From: Trichormus sp. ATA11-4-KO1
GTDB taxonomy: Bacteria; Cyanobacteriota; Cyanobacteriia; Cyanobacteriales; Nostocaceae
Length of the DNA stretch: 64,000 nt
Direction of reading: 5' to 3'
NCBI GenBank assembly: GCA_019358915.1
Contig: JAHHIM010000065.1
Coordinates: forward strand, 288,001-352,000
Shown: one piece after another, positions 1 through 10,265 of the stretch
Layout of the letters: each line of letters opens with the position of its first letter
Position numbering within the stretch: position 1 is the first letter of the stretch
Notes under the pieces: generated by a model
The model's database searches: none
What the model saw: the letters and a program-made list of their open reading frames with translations, nothing else
What the model was told of the DNA's origin: nothing
Translations under genes and position numbers: made by a program

Positions 1-1286
1 ATCGCTAACTTCCGCATATCCAAAGAAAACCAACGCTGATAAGTTTGCGTATGTACTTGCACACTATGACCTAAATTATCTGCGGCTGCTTTAATTGGTA
101 TACCTAAAATATGCGCCCGAATCGCCCAAGCGTGACGTAAATCATAAGGTTTAAAATCTAAATTAATTTTACGAAACCACCAACTAACTCGTTGAGTTAA
201 TGCTGTTATCTCTGCATGATTAGTTTTATCTTTCTTACTAATTGCATCTGCTAACATTCCTAAATATTTAGGATTTCTTAAATCAAATTCTTCAATCCAT
301 TGCTTATGTAACGGTAATGCTTGTCTTTCACCAGTCTTACAATCTTTATGAACTTTCCATGTTAAATCTATATTTTCTATACTTAACCACCAATCAATAT
401 CGGGATTAATAAATAATTCCCTGGGGCGTAAACCAAAAACTGCTAACATTCCATAAGTCCACCGCCAAAGTTGCCAGCTATCTTTAACGTTTTGATTAAC
501 TTGATTGCCTCTATTAATCAGATATTCTTCAAATTTACTAAACCCTGTAATTATCTCAGCATCGGTTGGTATATTCCGGGAATTATTTTCCGGCATTTTG
601 GCATATTTAGATAAATCGATTTCGATGTTGAATGCTAGGCAAAATGCAGATATGGCTCGTGTAGCATTATATCTTGCCCATTCTTTGTCTATTTTTTCAA
701 TTGCACCGAGCAAGTTTTCTGGAATCGCTAAATCTTGAGAATTGGTAAATCTTTTGGTGCGGGAAAAGTAATAAAAAAATGTATGCTCACTTTTTGTTGT
801 GCGTTTGTGCGTTTTAAAATATTCTTCTTCAAATTTTTCTAATAACTCACCGATGGTCTTAAACTCTTTTTTTATCGCCTCATTACCTAAATATTTATCA
901 TTCCATTCAAAAGTTTTTCTAGCAATCAATTTCCCTAACTCATAAGCTTCTTCCTCAGCCGTCTTCAGTCCATCTAAGTTGGCGGGAATATTCAAACTAA
1001 GATTGTATTGCTTTCTCCCAGTACCTTTGGTGTCCTTATCTCCTGGTTTAATTGGTAACGTTGCCCGTAATTGCAGACTTCCATTTGATTCTCTAATCGT
1101 TACCTTAGCCTTTGCAGACTTCAAACGCAGATTTACTTTCTCTAATTCTATTAGTACTTTTGTTCTCATGTGTGCTTTTTGCTGGTTTGCTTGCAGACTT
1201 GAACCCAGAAAACTGCCGTCGGTAGATGGAAATGGCTCTAAGTCTGCAAAAGCTTGTTGATATTTGTCTTGACCCTGATTATGCAT
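1..1286 (-). CDS. xisA: XisA site-specific tyrosine recombinase (excisase); 3' end runs off the window
   Basis: Manual minus-strand translation from ATG 1286: MHNQGQDKYQQAFADLEP...GLRPRE...KPYDLRHAWAIRAHILG...LGHS...TYQRWFS; matches Anabaena XisA and has the integrase R/H-x-x-R/H/Y residues; absent from the ORF track because it has no stop in the window. Confidence 0.95.
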   Translation of the reverse strand, partial: MHNQGQDKYQQAFADLEPFPSTDGSFLGSSLQANQQKAHMRTKVLIELEKVNLRLKSAKAKVTIRESNGSLQLRATLPIKPGDKDTKGTGRKQYNLSLNIPANLDGLKTAEEEAYELGKLIARKTFEWNDKYLGNEAIKKEFKTIGELLEKFEEEYFKTHKRTTKSEHTFFYYFSRTKRFTNSQDLAIPENLLGAIEKIDKEWARYNATRAISAFCLAFNIEIDLSKYAKMPENNSRNIPTDAEIITGFSKFEEYLINRGNQVNQNVKDSWQLWRWTYGMLAVFGLRPRELFINPDIDWWLSIENIDLTWKVHKDCKTGERQALPLHKQWIEEFDLRNPKYLGMLADAISKKDKTNHAEITALTQRVSWWFRKINLDFKPYDLRHAWAIRAHILGIPIKAAADNLGHSVQVHTQTYQRWFSLDMRKLA

Positions 1287-1324
1287 CGCTGTGGTTTAGC
1301 CTATATTTAGCCTAAAAATAAATG

Positions 1325-1371
1325 TGTTACTGGCGAACAATGTCTATATCTGACATTGCTTACTGCAAACA
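1325..1371. promoter_or_regulatory. Three adjacent TGT-N9-ACA-type sites upstream of xisA (NtcA/VF1-type binding sites)
   Basis: TGTtactggcgaACA (1325-1339), TGTctatatctgACA (1341-1355), TGCttactgcaaACA (1357-1371), 16-bp period; three adjacent NtcA sites are known upstream of PCC 7120 xisA. Confidence 0.75.
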
Positions 1372-1403
1372 TTAGGCTGTTAAAGAGCATTAAACCATAA
1401 AAA

Positions 1404-1414
1404 GAATTACTCCG
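1404..1414 (+). repeat. XisA recombination site (11-bp direct-repeat copy)
   Basis: GAATTACTCCG, one mismatch to the canonical GGATTACTCCG, at the W-D-Y-S-G position of nifD. Confidence 0.9.
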
Positions 1415-1554
1415 GCCCTTATCACGGTTATGATGGCTTCGCTATCTTCGCTCGCGATATGGATTTGGCACTCAACAGCCCAACCTGGGGATTAATCGGC
1501 GCTCCCTGGAGCAAAAAGGTTGAAGCTAAAGCTAAAGCCAAAGCTACCGCCTAA
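1408..1554 (+). CDS. nifD: 3' segment of the interrupted nitrogenase MoFe protein alpha chain
   Basis: Translates [48 protein letters not shown], the NifD C-terminus; no start of its own. Confidence 0.95.
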   Translation, partial: YSGPYHGYDGFAIFARDMDLALNSPTWGLIGAPWSKKVEAKAKAKATA

Positions 1555-1584
1555 AAAAAATGGGAAAGGGATAAGTAGGGACAG

Positions 1585-1604
1585 CCTGGGGCTAAAACCC
1601 CAGG
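1585..1604 (+). other. GC-rich stem-loop between nifD and nifK (transcript stability or processing)
   Basis: CCTGGGG-ctaaaa-CCCCAGG perfect 7-bp stem. Confidence 0.5.
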
Positions 1605-1762
1605 GGGGAGTTGGGAATTCAAGGTTCAAAATTCAAAAGTTAAAAGTTTATTTTGATTTTTGCATTCTGAATTTTGAGTGACATTTCCACTCTCTACTCC
1701 ATGCTCCCGACGCAAATTAGTAACGAACGACTTCAGTAAGAGTAAGCTTGGAGATCCACCAA

Positions 1763-3298
1763 ATGCCTCAGAATCCAGACAAAATTCAAGACCACGTTGA
1801 GTTATTCCACCAACCGGAATACCAACAACTGTTCCAAAACAAGAAGGAATTTGAAAACGGTCACAGCCCCGAAGAAGTGGCGCGGGTTGCTGAATGGACA
1901 AAAGGTTGGGAATATCGGGAAAAGAACTTTGCTCGTGAAGCATTGACTGTTAACCCTGCTAAGGGTTGCCAACCTTTAGGTGCAATCTTCGCTGCTGTGG
2001 GTTTTGAAGGCACTTTACCCTTCGTACAAGGTTCCCAAGGTTGCGTTGCTTACTTCCGTACTCACTTAACCCGTCACTACAAAGAACCATTCTCTGGTGT
2101 GTCTTCTTCCATGACTGAAGACGCGGCGGTGTTCGGTGGTATGCAGAACATGATTGATGGCTTGGCTAACTCTTACCAACTTTACAAGCCTAAAATGATT
2201 GCTGTCTGCACCACCTGTATGGCTGAGGTTATTGGTGATGACTTACAAGCCTTCATCAACAACGCTAAGAATGCTGGTTCAGTTCCTAAAGAATTCCCAG
2301 TACCTTACGCTCACACACCTAGCTTTGTCGGTTCCCACATCACTGGTTACGACAACATGATGAAGGGTATTCTTTCTAACCTGACCGCAGGTAAGAAGAA
2401 AGAAACCAGCAATGGCAAAATCAACTTCATCCCAGGTTTTGATACTTATGTAGGTAACAACCGCGAACTGAAGCGGATTGCTTCTTTGTTCGGTTTTGAC
2501 TACACCATTTTGGCTGACAACAGCGATTACCTAGATTCACCCAACACAGGTGAGTTTGATATGTACCCAGGTGGTACTAAGTTGGAAGATGCAGCAGATT
2601 CCATCAATGCTAAAGTTACAGTTGCTCTGCAAGCACACTCCACAGTTAAGACCCGTGAGTACATTGAAAAAGAGTGGAAGCAACCAACTGTAGTTTCCCG
2701 TCCTTGGGGTATTAAGGCTACTGATGAGTTCTTGATGAAACTCAGCGAATTAAGTGGTAAGCCTATTCCCGAAGAATTGGAAATTGAACGTGGTCGTGCA
2801 GTTGATGCCATGACTGACTCCCACTCTTGGGTTCACGGTAAGCGTTTCGCTATCTACGGTGAGCCAGACTTAGTATACAGTGTGGTTGGCTTCATGTTGG
2901 AATTGGGTGCTGAACCTGTACATATCTTGGTTCACAACACCAACGAAGTATTTGAGAAAGAACTCAAAGAATTGCTAGATTCTAGTCCTTTTGGTCAAAG
3001 CGCAACCATTTGGGGCGGTAAAGACCTATGGCACATGCGTTCCTTGTTGTTCACCGAACCTGTAGACTTGCTGATTGGTAATTCCTACGGTAAGTACCTG
3101 TGGCGTGACTGTAAGGTTCCCCTCGTCAGAATTGGTTATCCGATCATGGATCGCCACCACTTACACCGCTACAGCACCATTGGTTATCAAGGTGTGATCA
3201 ATTTGCTCAACTGGATTGTTAATACTGTCTTCGAGGAAATTGATCGCAACACCAACATTCCTTCTAAGACTGATATTTCTTACGACTTGATTCGTTAA
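1763..3298 (+). CDS. nifK: Nitrogenase MoFe protein beta chain
   Basis: [15 protein letters not shown] start after [19 protein letters not shown] and [12 protein letters not shown]-cluster motifs. Confidence 0.98.
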   Translation: MPQNPDKIQDHVELFHQPEYQQLFQNKKEFENGHSPEEVARVAEWTKGWEYREKNFAREALTVNPAKGCQPLGAIFAAVGFEGTLPFVQGSQGCVAYFRTHLTRHYKEPFSGVSSSMTEDAAVFGGMQNMIDGLANSYQLYKPKMIAVCTTCMAEVIGDDLQAFINNAKNAGSVPKEFPVPYAHTPSFVGSHITGYDNMMKGILSNLTAGKKKETSNGKINFIPGFDTYVGNNRELKRIASLFGFDYTILADNSDYLDSPNTGEFDMYPGGTKLEDAADSINAKVTVALQAHSTVKTREYIEKEWKQPTVVSRPWGIKATDEFLMKLSELSGKPIPEELEIERGRAVDAMTDSHSWVHGKRFAIYGEPDLVYSVVGFMLELGAEPVHILVHNTNEVFEKELKELLDSSPFGQSATIWGGKDLWHMRSLLFTEPVDLLIGNSYGKYLWRDCKVPLVRIGYPIMDRHHLHRYSTIGYQGVINLLNWIVNTVFEEIDRNTNIPSKTDISYDLIR

Positions 3299-3453
3299 GA
3301 ATTGCAGCGTGCTAATCAAGGGTAAGGACGGGGAGTAGGGAGTGGGGAGTAGGGACTGGGAAATAAGTTTATTCTTAATACCCAATTCCTGATTCCTTAT
3401 TCCCGATCCCCAACTTACCTTTTTCTTGCAAACATTTACTTGAGGTATCTATT

Positions 3454-3783
3454 ATGGAAAGTATCAATCATACTCACTCTCATCACAATTACCATCCACC
3501 TAACTATAAAAAACCGGGTTGGTTTCACAATCTTCTCAACCCTTTGCGTAATTTGGTAGATGGAATTCAAGTTAAAAATAATCGTCTCGCTCATCTAATT
3601 TGCCAGTTAATTCCTTGCTGTTGTCCTTTTGAGCGAAATATTAGTTTATTTGGGCGGAATGTTCATATCCCAGCTTTGTGCAAGCTCAATCCTTTGTATG
3701 ATGAGTTTGTGGGAATGCGTTTTCGTGCTTTATCTTATCTTGCTGATGAGTGTGGAGAGGATATCACGAAGTATATTTGCTAA
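3454..3783 (+). CDS. Mo-dependent nitrogenase C-terminal-domain family protein
   Basis: CQLIPCCCPFER...IPALCKLNPLYDE...LADECGEDI motif; GAGG RBS. Confidence 0.8.
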   Translation: MESINHTHSHHNYHPPNYKKPGWFHNLLNPLRNLVDGIQVKNNRLAHLICQLIPCCCPFERNISLFGRNVHIPALCKLNPLYDEFVGMRFRALSYLADECGEDITKYIC

Positions 3784-3862
3784 GCAATGGTCTTGAGTCA
3801 TTAATGCTCTTGCAAAGGTCAATTTTATGAATATTAATCCACAGATGAATCCAGATATCAGA

Positions 3863-4168
3863 TATGGCAATCCTCAATTGGTGGTGAACGAGAAGACATA
3901 ATTAACGAACCACGAAGATACGAAGGACACGAAGTAAGAAAAGTAGGTTGGGGAGCCACTGCGGTGGTGAGGCAGTCCGCAGAAGAGGGGGTTCCCTCCA
4001 GGAGGAACTGCCGTAAACCCCTTACGGGCATAGCTGCGCTTACCGCAAAGCGTGCCGTAGGCATAAGGGTTTCCCGGCATAAAGCAAGTGGCGTTTAAGC
4101 GCAGCGCAACCCAACGAAGCAAATGTCGGGTTCGTGATGTTCACAAAGAATTTGGGATTGCTGTTATA
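3863..4168. repeat. MITE-like element containing nested small dispersed repeats
   Basis: Imperfect terminal inverted repeats GCAATCCTCAATT..GTGAAC / GTTCAC..AATTTGGGATTGC with several GC-rich hairpin repeats inside. Confidence 0.7.
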
Positions 4169-4289
4169 GGTGATGAATTATCTGATTTGACTGTGGTAAA
4201 GAGAGGATTTTTGCAGGTGGTCTATTACTTGGTGAATAGGCTCAGAAGTAATAATTAACACGTCGATCCAGCAAGAGAAGAGAAGAGAG

Positions 4290-5669
4290 ATGAAAAGTAC
4301 CCAAGGCAAAATTAATGAGCTGCTGAGTGAGCCGGGATGCGAACATAATCAGCACAAACAGGGGGAGAAGAAGAATAAGTCTTGCACGCAACAAGCCCAG
4401 CCTGGTGCTGCTCAAGGTGGTTGTGCTTTTGATGGGGCGATGATTGCTCTAGTACCAATTACTGATGCAGCTCATTTAGTCCACGGCCCGATCGCCTGTG
4501 CTGGTAATTCTTGGGGTAGTCGTGGTAGTCTCTCGTCTGGGCCTCTACTCTACAAGACTGGTTTTACTACCGATTTGACTGAAAATGATGTGATTTTCGG
4601 TGGTGAAAAGAAGCTCTATCAGGCAATTCTGGAGGTTAAGGAACGCTACAATCCTGCCGCAGTTTTTGTCTATGCTACTTGTGTGACGGCTTTGATTGGC
4701 GATGATATGGAAGCTGTCTGTAAGGCGGCGGCTGAGAAAATTGGGACTCCGGTAATCCCGGTAATTGCTCCAGGATTTATAGGGAGTAAGAATCTGGGTA
4801 ACCGTTTTGGTGGTGAAGCGTTGCTGGAATATGTAGTTGGTACAGCAGAACCGGCAGAAACTACGCCTTATGATATTAACTTAATCGGTGAGTACAACAT
4901 AGCCGGGGAAATGTGGGGAGTCACTCCTCTGCTGGAGAAGTTAGGAATTCGCGTATTATCCAAAATAACGGGCGATGCTCGCTATGACGAGGTTCGTTAT
5001 GCCCATCGTGCCAAGCTCAATGTGATGATCTGCTCTAGAGCGTTGCTCAATATGGCCAGAAAGATGGAGGAACGCTACAACATTCCTTACATTGAAGAGT
5101 CTTTCTATGGCATCGATGATATGAATCGTTGTCTACGAAATATTGCTGCCAAATTGGGTGATCCAGATTTACAGGAGCGCACGGAAAAGTTAATTGCTGA
5201 AGAAACTGCTGCTTTAGATTTGGCGCTGGCTCCTTATCGCGATCGCCTCAAAGGTAAGCGGGTTGTTTTATATACCGGCGGTGTGAAAAGTTGGTCGATT
5301 ATCTCGGCGGCTAAGGATTTGGGTATAGAAGTTGTTGCTACCAGTACGAGAAAAAGTACTGAGGAAGACAAAGCCCGCATCAAGAAGTTAATCGGCAACG
5401 ATGGCATCATGCTGGAGAAGGGTAACGCTCAGGAATTATTGAAATTGGTAAAAGAAACTGGCGCTGACATGTTAATTGCTGGTGGTCGGAACCAATACAC
5501 CGCCTTGAAAGCGCGGATTCCTTTCCTCGATATCAACCAAGAACGTCACCATCCCTATGCAGGATACGTGGGAATGATCGAGATGGCACGGGAATTGTAC
5601 GAAGCTCTTTATAGCCCCATTTGGGAACAAATACGCAAACCCGCTCCTTGGGAAGAATTGGAAGGATGA
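4290..5669 (+). CDS. nifE: FeMo-cofactor scaffold subunit NifE
   Basis: [23 protein letters not shown] and DINQERHH motifs. Confidence 0.98.
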   Translation: MKSTQGKINELLSEPGCEHNQHKQGEKKNKSCTQQAQPGAAQGGCAFDGAMIALVPITDAAHLVHGPIACAGNSWGSRGSLSSGPLLYKTGFTTDLTENDVIFGGEKKLYQAILEVKERYNPAAVFVYATCVTALIGDDMEAVCKAAAEKIGTPVIPVIAPGFIGSKNLGNRFGGEALLEYVVGTAEPAETTPYDINLIGEYNIAGEMWGVTPLLEKLGIRVLSKITGDARYDEVRYAHRAKLNVMICSRALLNMARKMEERYNIPYIEESFYGIDDMNRCLRNIAAKLGDPDLQERTEKLIAEETAALDLALAPYRDRLKGKRVVLYTGGVKSWSIISAAKDLGIEVVATSTRKSTEEDKARIKKLIGNDGIMLEKGNAQELLKLVKETGADMLIAGGRNQYTALKARIPFLDINQERHHPYAGYVGMIEMARELYEALYSPIWEQIRKPAPWEELEG

Positions 5670-5682
5670 GGAGAAGGGAACA

Positions 5683-5761
5683 GGTGAGTCAGCGCGGTCT
5701 TGGGGGTTTCCCCCATGAGCGACTGACGAACCCCGAAGGGGGAACAGGGAACAGGGAACAG
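5683..5761. repeat. Small dispersed hairpin repeat plus GGGAACA heptamers
   Basis: GAGTCAGCGCGGTCTTGGGGGTTTCCCCCATGAGCGACTGACG followed by tandem GGGAACA. Confidence 0.7.
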
Positions 5762-5837
5762 AAATTATTCTTTGCTTCCCTAGCCACCCCAGCTTCCCCT
5801 GCTTTTTTTCCTACTCCCCACTTATACAGGTATTAAT

Positions 5838-7145
5838 ATGGCGATCGTTAATCTTCCTACTAAATCACTTACTGTTAATCCTCTCAAGCAAAGTCAGGCT
5901 TTGGGTGCGTCTTTAGCTTTTCTGGGATTGAAGGGGATGATTCCTTTGTTCCACGGTTCTCAAGGTTGTACTGCTTTCGCCAAAGTTGTGCTTGTACGGC
6001 ATTTTCGGGAGGCTATTCCCCTAGCCACTACAGCTATGACGGAAGTCACTACTATCTTGGGTGGTGAGGATAATGTGGAACAGTCTATCCTCACTTTGGT
6101 AGAGAAGGTCAATCCCGAAATTATTGGTCTTTGTAGTACGGGACTCACGGAAACTAGGGGAGATGATATTGAGCGTTTTCTCAAGGATATCCGCGATCGC
6201 CACCCGGAACTGAATCACCTACCGATTGTTTTTGCTCCTACTCCTGATTTTAAGGGGGCATTGCAAGATGGTTTTGCGGCGGCTGTGGAAAGTATTGTTA
6301 AGGAAATCCCCAAAGCTGGTGGTGTCAAAACTGAGCAAGTAACTATTTTGGCTGGTTCTGCTTTTACACCAGGCGATATCCAAGAAATTAAAGATATGGT
6401 CACGGCTTTTGGCTTGGTACCTATCTTTGTTCCTGACTTGGGGGCTTCTTTAGATGGTCATCTAGAAGATGGCTATAGCGCAATTACAGCTAGTGGCACC
6501 ACTTTAAAACAGCTACGAGAGGTCGGTAGTTCAGCCTTCACCATTGCTTTAGGTGAAAGTATGCGGGAGGCCGCCAAAATCCTGGAGGAACGGTTTAACA
6601 TCCCCTACGAGGTGTTTGGTGAACTAACTGGTTTGGAACCAGTGGATGAGTTTTTACAAGCATTGGCGATTCTCAGCAGCAACAGCGTCCCGGAAAAATA
6701 CCGCCGTCAACGTCGCCAGTTACAAGATGCCATGTTAGATACTCATTTTTACTTCGGTGCGAAGCGAGTATCTTTAGCATTGGAACCGGACTTTTTATGG
6801 TCAATGGTTAACTTCCTGCATTCCATGGGCGCACAAGTTCACGCTGCGGTAACAACCACGCGATCGCCCTTGTTGGAAAAACTCCCTGTAAAAAGCGTTA
6901 CCATCGGTGACCTAGAAGACCTAGAACAACTTGCAGACGGGTCTGACTTACTCATTGGTAACTCTAATGTAAATGCGATCGCCAAACGTCTAGAAATACC
7001 TCTTTATCGTATGGGTATACCCATTTATGACCGTTTAGGTAATGGACATTTCACCAAAGTAGGCTATCGCGGGACGATGGAAGTTTTGTTTGGCATCGGT
7101 AACTTATTTTTAGAAGCCGAAGAAGAGAGAGTTAAAGACTTATAG
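5838..7145 (+). CDS. nifN: FeMo-cofactor scaffold subunit NifN
   Basis: VNPLKQSQALGA and HGSQGCTAF motifs; position after nifE. Confidence 0.97.
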   Translation: MAIVNLPTKSLTVNPLKQSQALGASLAFLGLKGMIPLFHGSQGCTAFAKVVLVRHFREAIPLATTAMTEVTTILGGEDNVEQSILTLVEKVNPEIIGLCSTGLTETRGDDIERFLKDIRDRHPELNHLPIVFAPTPDFKGALQDGFAAAVESIVKEIPKAGGVKTEQVTILAGSAFTPGDIQEIKDMVTAFGLVPIFVPDLGASLDGHLEDGYSAITASGTTLKQLREVGSSAFTIALGESMREAAKILEERFNIPYEVFGELTGLEPVDEFLQALAILSSNSVPEKYRRQRRQLQDAMLDTHFYFGAKRVSLALEPDFLWSMVNFLHSMGAQVHAAVTTTRSPLLEKLPVKSVTIGDLEDLEQLADGSDLLIGNSNVNAIAKRLEIPLYRMGIPIYDRLGNGHFTKVGYRGTMEVLFGIGNLFLEAEEERVKDL

Positions 7146-7343
7146 AAGTAGGGAATAGGGAAAAAGCTGAAGTACTGAGTACATCGCTAATAAAATTTGG
7201 CAATCTTAGCGTAACTCTGCGCTACCTTAGCGTCTCTCTGCGTTAAAAAACATTAGTTCTGTACCTCACTTAAATGAGAATCGCCATAACATATTTCTTC
7301 CCCTACCCATCTCCCCACTCCCCTACATATTCAGGAGAACACA

Positions 7344-7733
7344 ATGAAAATTGCCTTTACGACAAGTGACCGAGTTCATATTAATGCTCACTTCGGATGG
7401 GCAAGGGAAATTGATGTTTATGAAATCTCTGATGAGGGATATCAATTTCTAGAGACTTTAAAGTTTGAAGGTGACCTTAAAGAAGATGGGAATGAGGATA
7501 AAATCACTCCCAAACTTGAGGCGTTAAATGATTGCACTATTGTTTATGTCACAGCAATTGGTGGTAGTGCTGCTGCACGATTGATCAAGAAAGGTGTGAC
7601 TCCAGTTAAGGCTAAGTCAGAAGAAGAAGAAATTAGTGAAGTCCTCAATAAGCTAGTGCAAACTCTTAAAGGTAATCCTCCACCTTGGTTGCGCAAGGCT
7701 TTACGACAAACAACTCCAAATTTTGCAGATTAA
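7344..7733 (+). CDS. nifX: NifX
   Basis: MKIAFTTSD..INAHFG, IGGSAAA, PPPWLRK. Confidence 0.97.
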   Translation: MKIAFTTSDRVHINAHFGWAREIDVYEISDEGYQFLETLKFEGDLKEDGNEDKITPKLEALNDCTIVYVTAIGGSAAARLIKKGVTPVKAKSEEEEISEVLNKLVQTLKGNPPPWLRKALRQTTPNFAD

Positions 7734-7753
7734 TTTCAACTTGAAGTAGTGGT

Positions 7754-8230
7754 ATGAGTGTCAATAATAGCGTTAACGGAACTCCTCACACAGAAGTCTT
7801 GAAATCTCCCTTCCTCAAGACATTAATCCAACAAATTCGTGGTCAAGATACTTACGGAGTTTATCGGAATTGGTCGGATGAATTAATTCTCAAACCTTTT
7901 GTTGTTACCAAACAAAAGAAGCGAGAAATTTCTCTGGAGGGTGAGGTTGACCCCATCACTCAAGCACGGATTATGGCATTTTTCCGCGCTGTAGCCGCAG
8001 GTATCGAACAGGAAACCGGTTTGATATCTCAGGTTGTCATTGATTTGAGTCACGAAGGTTTTGGCTGGGCGTTGGTCTTTTCTGGTCGTCTGTTACTAGC
8101 TATGAGAACCTTACGTGATGCTCATCGTTTTGGGTTTGATTCACTAGAAAAATTAGCCGCAGAAGGTGAACAGTTTGTGCAAAAAGGGATTGATTTAGCC
8201 AAGCGATTCCCCGAAGTTGGTAAGTTGTGA
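7754..8230 (+). CDS. NifX-associated protein (DUF269)
   Basis: LSHEGFG and LRDAHRFGF motifs; conserved position after nifX. Confidence 0.9.
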   Translation: MSVNNSVNGTPHTEVLKSPFLKTLIQQIRGQDTYGVYRNWSDELILKPFVVTKQKKREISLEGEVDPITQARIMAFFRAVAAGIEQETGLISQVVIDLSHEGFGWALVFSGRLLLAMRTLRDAHRFGFDSLEKLAAEGEQFVQKGIDLAKRFPEVGKL

Positions 8231-8272
8231 TTAGGAGGGCATCCTATTTTTTAAACGCAAAGTGACGCTAAG

Positions 8273-8356
8273 TACAGTTCAGTTAAGAGTAGATATCTTG
8301 AATTATCAGCGTTAATCGGCGTGTATCGGCGGTTAATTATTCTTATCTGAACTGTA
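8273..8356. mobile_element. Short MITE-like element
   Basis: 16-bp terminal inverted repeat TACAGTTCAGTTAAGA / TCTTATCTGAACTGTA (1 mismatch). Confidence 0.6.
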
Positions 8357-8405
8357 TTCTTTTTAAAATTTGCAATGCTATTGATATGAATAGGAGTACT
8401 GAATA

Positions 8406-8621
8406 GTGCAGGCAGAAGAAACTAATATTGAGGAACTGAAAACTAAAATCAAGAAGCTGAATAGTAAGGCAGGTCAAATGAAAATGGATCTGCATGATTT
8501 AGCAGAGGGTCTGCCAACAGATTACAAAACACTGATGGATGTTGCGGCGGCAACTTATGAAATTTATCGTCAGCTAGATGAATTGAAACAACATCTGAAA
8601 AAATTGGAGAGTGCTAAATGA
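8406..8621 (+). CDS. DUF683 / CCE_0567-family nif-associated protein
   Basis: KMDLHDLAEGLP motif; overlaps the nifW start. Confidence 0.9.
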   Translation: MQAEETNIEELKTKIKKLNSKAGQMKMDLHDLAEGLPTDYKTLMDVAAATYEIYRQLDELKQHLKKLESAK

Positions 8622-8935
8622 CAAGAACTATTGATGAGTTTAAGAAACTTGTAGATGCAGAAGAGTTTTTTATCTTTTTTAATCTGCCCTACGACCAACA
8701 ATTCGTGAATGTAAATCGTCTGCATATTTTAAAGAAGTTTGCTCAATTTATCAGTCAAGTTGATGACGCTCATCCTGAGTTAAATCAAGAGGAAAGACTT
8801 GAGCAATATTCTCTAGCTTTACAAAAAGCTTATGCGGTATTTGAAGAGTCAACACCCCATGAACAAAAGCTGTTCAAAGTGTTTAATGATAAGCCGAAGA
8901 ATGTAGTCACTCTGACAGAAATCACTTCTGATTAG
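8618..8935 (+). CDS. nifW: Nitrogenase-stabilising protein NifW
   Basis: DAEEFF, VNVNRLHILKKF and LFKVF motifs. Confidence 0.96.
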   Translation: MTRTIDEFKKLVDAEEFFIFFNLPYDQQFVNVNRLHILKKFAQFISQVDDAHPELNQEERLEQYSLALQKAYAVFEESTPHEQKLFKVFNDKPKNVVTLTEITSD

Positions 8936-8945
8936 GAGGTAAAAA

Positions 8946-9734
8946 GTGATCAACCTATCGCCTACCGAATTAGAACGCTATAGTCGCCAAATGATGCTCC
9001 CAAATTTTGGCGAACTAGCTCAAAAACGCCTGAAGTCAGCGACGGTTCTGGTTACGGGTGTGGGGGGATTAGGCGGTACGGCGGCGCTTTACTTAGCAGT
9101 AGCGGGCGTTGGGCGGCTAATCTTAGTCCGGGGTGGTGACTTGCGCTTGGATGATATGAATCGTCAGATTTTAATGACTGATGATTGGGTAGGTAAACCC
9201 AGGGTATTTAAAGCTAAGGAAACTCTGGAAGCTATCAATCCTCATATCCAGGTGGAAGCAGTTCATGATTACATCACCCCGGAAAATGTGGACTCGTTAG
9301 TGCAATCGGCTGATATGGCTTTGGACTGCGCCCACAATTTTACGGAACGCAACTTGTTAAATGCAGCTTGTGTGCGTTGGCGTAAACCAATGGTGGAAGC
9401 AGCTATGGATGGGATGGAGGCTTATTTAACCACGATTATTCCTGGTGTGACTCCTTGTTTATCTTGTCTATTTCCAGAGAAGCCGGAATGGGATCGTCGT
9501 GCTTTTTCAGTGTTGGGCGCTGTATCTGGGACATTAGCTTGTCTGACGGCTTTGGAAGCAATCAAGTTGATTACTGGTTTTAGTCAACCTTTATTATCGC
9601 AATTGTTGACCATTGACCTAAATCGGATGGAATTTGCTAAACGCCGTTCGCAACGCGATCGCTCTTGTCCAGTATGCGGTAATACTGCCCCCTGGAGATA
9701 CGGTCAATCCCAATCTGTGGTCATTAGTCATTAG
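8946..9734 (+). CDS. hesA: HesA (MoeB/ThiF family)
   Basis: RYSRQ, GVGGLG and two CxxC motifs; position after nifW. Confidence 0.95.
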   Translation: MINLSPTELERYSRQMMLPNFGELAQKRLKSATVLVTGVGGLGGTAALYLAVAGVGRLILVRGGDLRLDDMNRQILMTDDWVGKPRVFKAKETLEAINPHIQVEAVHDYITPENVDSLVQSADMALDCAHNFTERNLLNAACVRWRKPMVEAAMDGMEAYLTTIIPGVTPCLSCLFPEKPEWDRRAFSVLGAVSGTLACLTALEAIKLITGFSQPLLSQLLTIDLNRMEFAKRRSQRDRSCPVCGNTAPWRYGQSQSVVISH

Positions 9735-9785
9735 ACAACTAACACAAATATCCTCACCTGTAATTAGAACCAATCAGGAGACTTA

Positions 9786-10157
9786 ATGAGCGTTACTTTG
9801 ACAGAAAAAGCAGAATTTCGTCTGCGAGCATTTTTACGAGGTTCAGCCCCCGATAATGATGACACTAAAAAAGGTATCCGTGTATCTGTGAAAGATGGCG
9901 GTTGCAGTGGCTATGAGTATGCAATTGATGTCACTAGCAAACCCCAAGCAGATGATTTGGTAATCCAGCAAGGTAAGGTGCTGGTTTATGTTGATGCTAA
10001 AAGTGCGCCTTTATTAGAAGGTGTGGTAATCGACTTTGTTGAAGGGGTAATGGAAAGTGGTTTTAAGTTCACTAACCCCAACGCCAGCGATACCTGCGGT
10101 TGTGGTAAGTCCTTCACAGCAGGTGACTGTACCCCTACTGGTATACCTTGTAGCTAA
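9786..10157 (+). CDS. hesB: HesB / IscA-type Fe-S assembly protein
   Basis: GGCSG and CGCGKSF motifs. Confidence 0.95.
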   Translation: MSVTLTEKAEFRLRAFLRGSAPDNDDTKKGIRVSVKDGGCSGYEYAIDVTSKPQADDLVIQQGKVLVYVDAKSAPLLEGVVIDFVEGVMESGFKFTNPNASDTCGCGKSFTAGDCTPTGIPCS

Positions 10158-10265
10158 GAACTACTTGCAGACGAACTTGGCGCTAGTTATCGAAGTTGCA
10201 TCAGGGAGACAGAAAAACTTCGAGAACACAATCTAAATCTTATAATCTGAGAGGAGAATCGGAAA

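Larger units (their letters stand above)
1..1414. mobile_element. nifK-proximal end of the nifD excision element (programmed heterocyst rearrangement); continues beyond window start
   Basis: xisA next to an 11-bp recombination site that directly precedes the orphan 3' end of nifD. Confidence 0.95.

Noticed and set aside
505..1260. Plus-strand ORFs 505-738 and 979-1260
   Set aside because: Shadow ORFs antisense to xisA
3858..4122. Minus-strand ORFs of 68 and 82 aa
   Set aside because: Translations of the nested repeat stack
5621..5836. 71-aa ORF between nifE and nifN
   Set aside because: Made of repeat sequence and overlaps nifE
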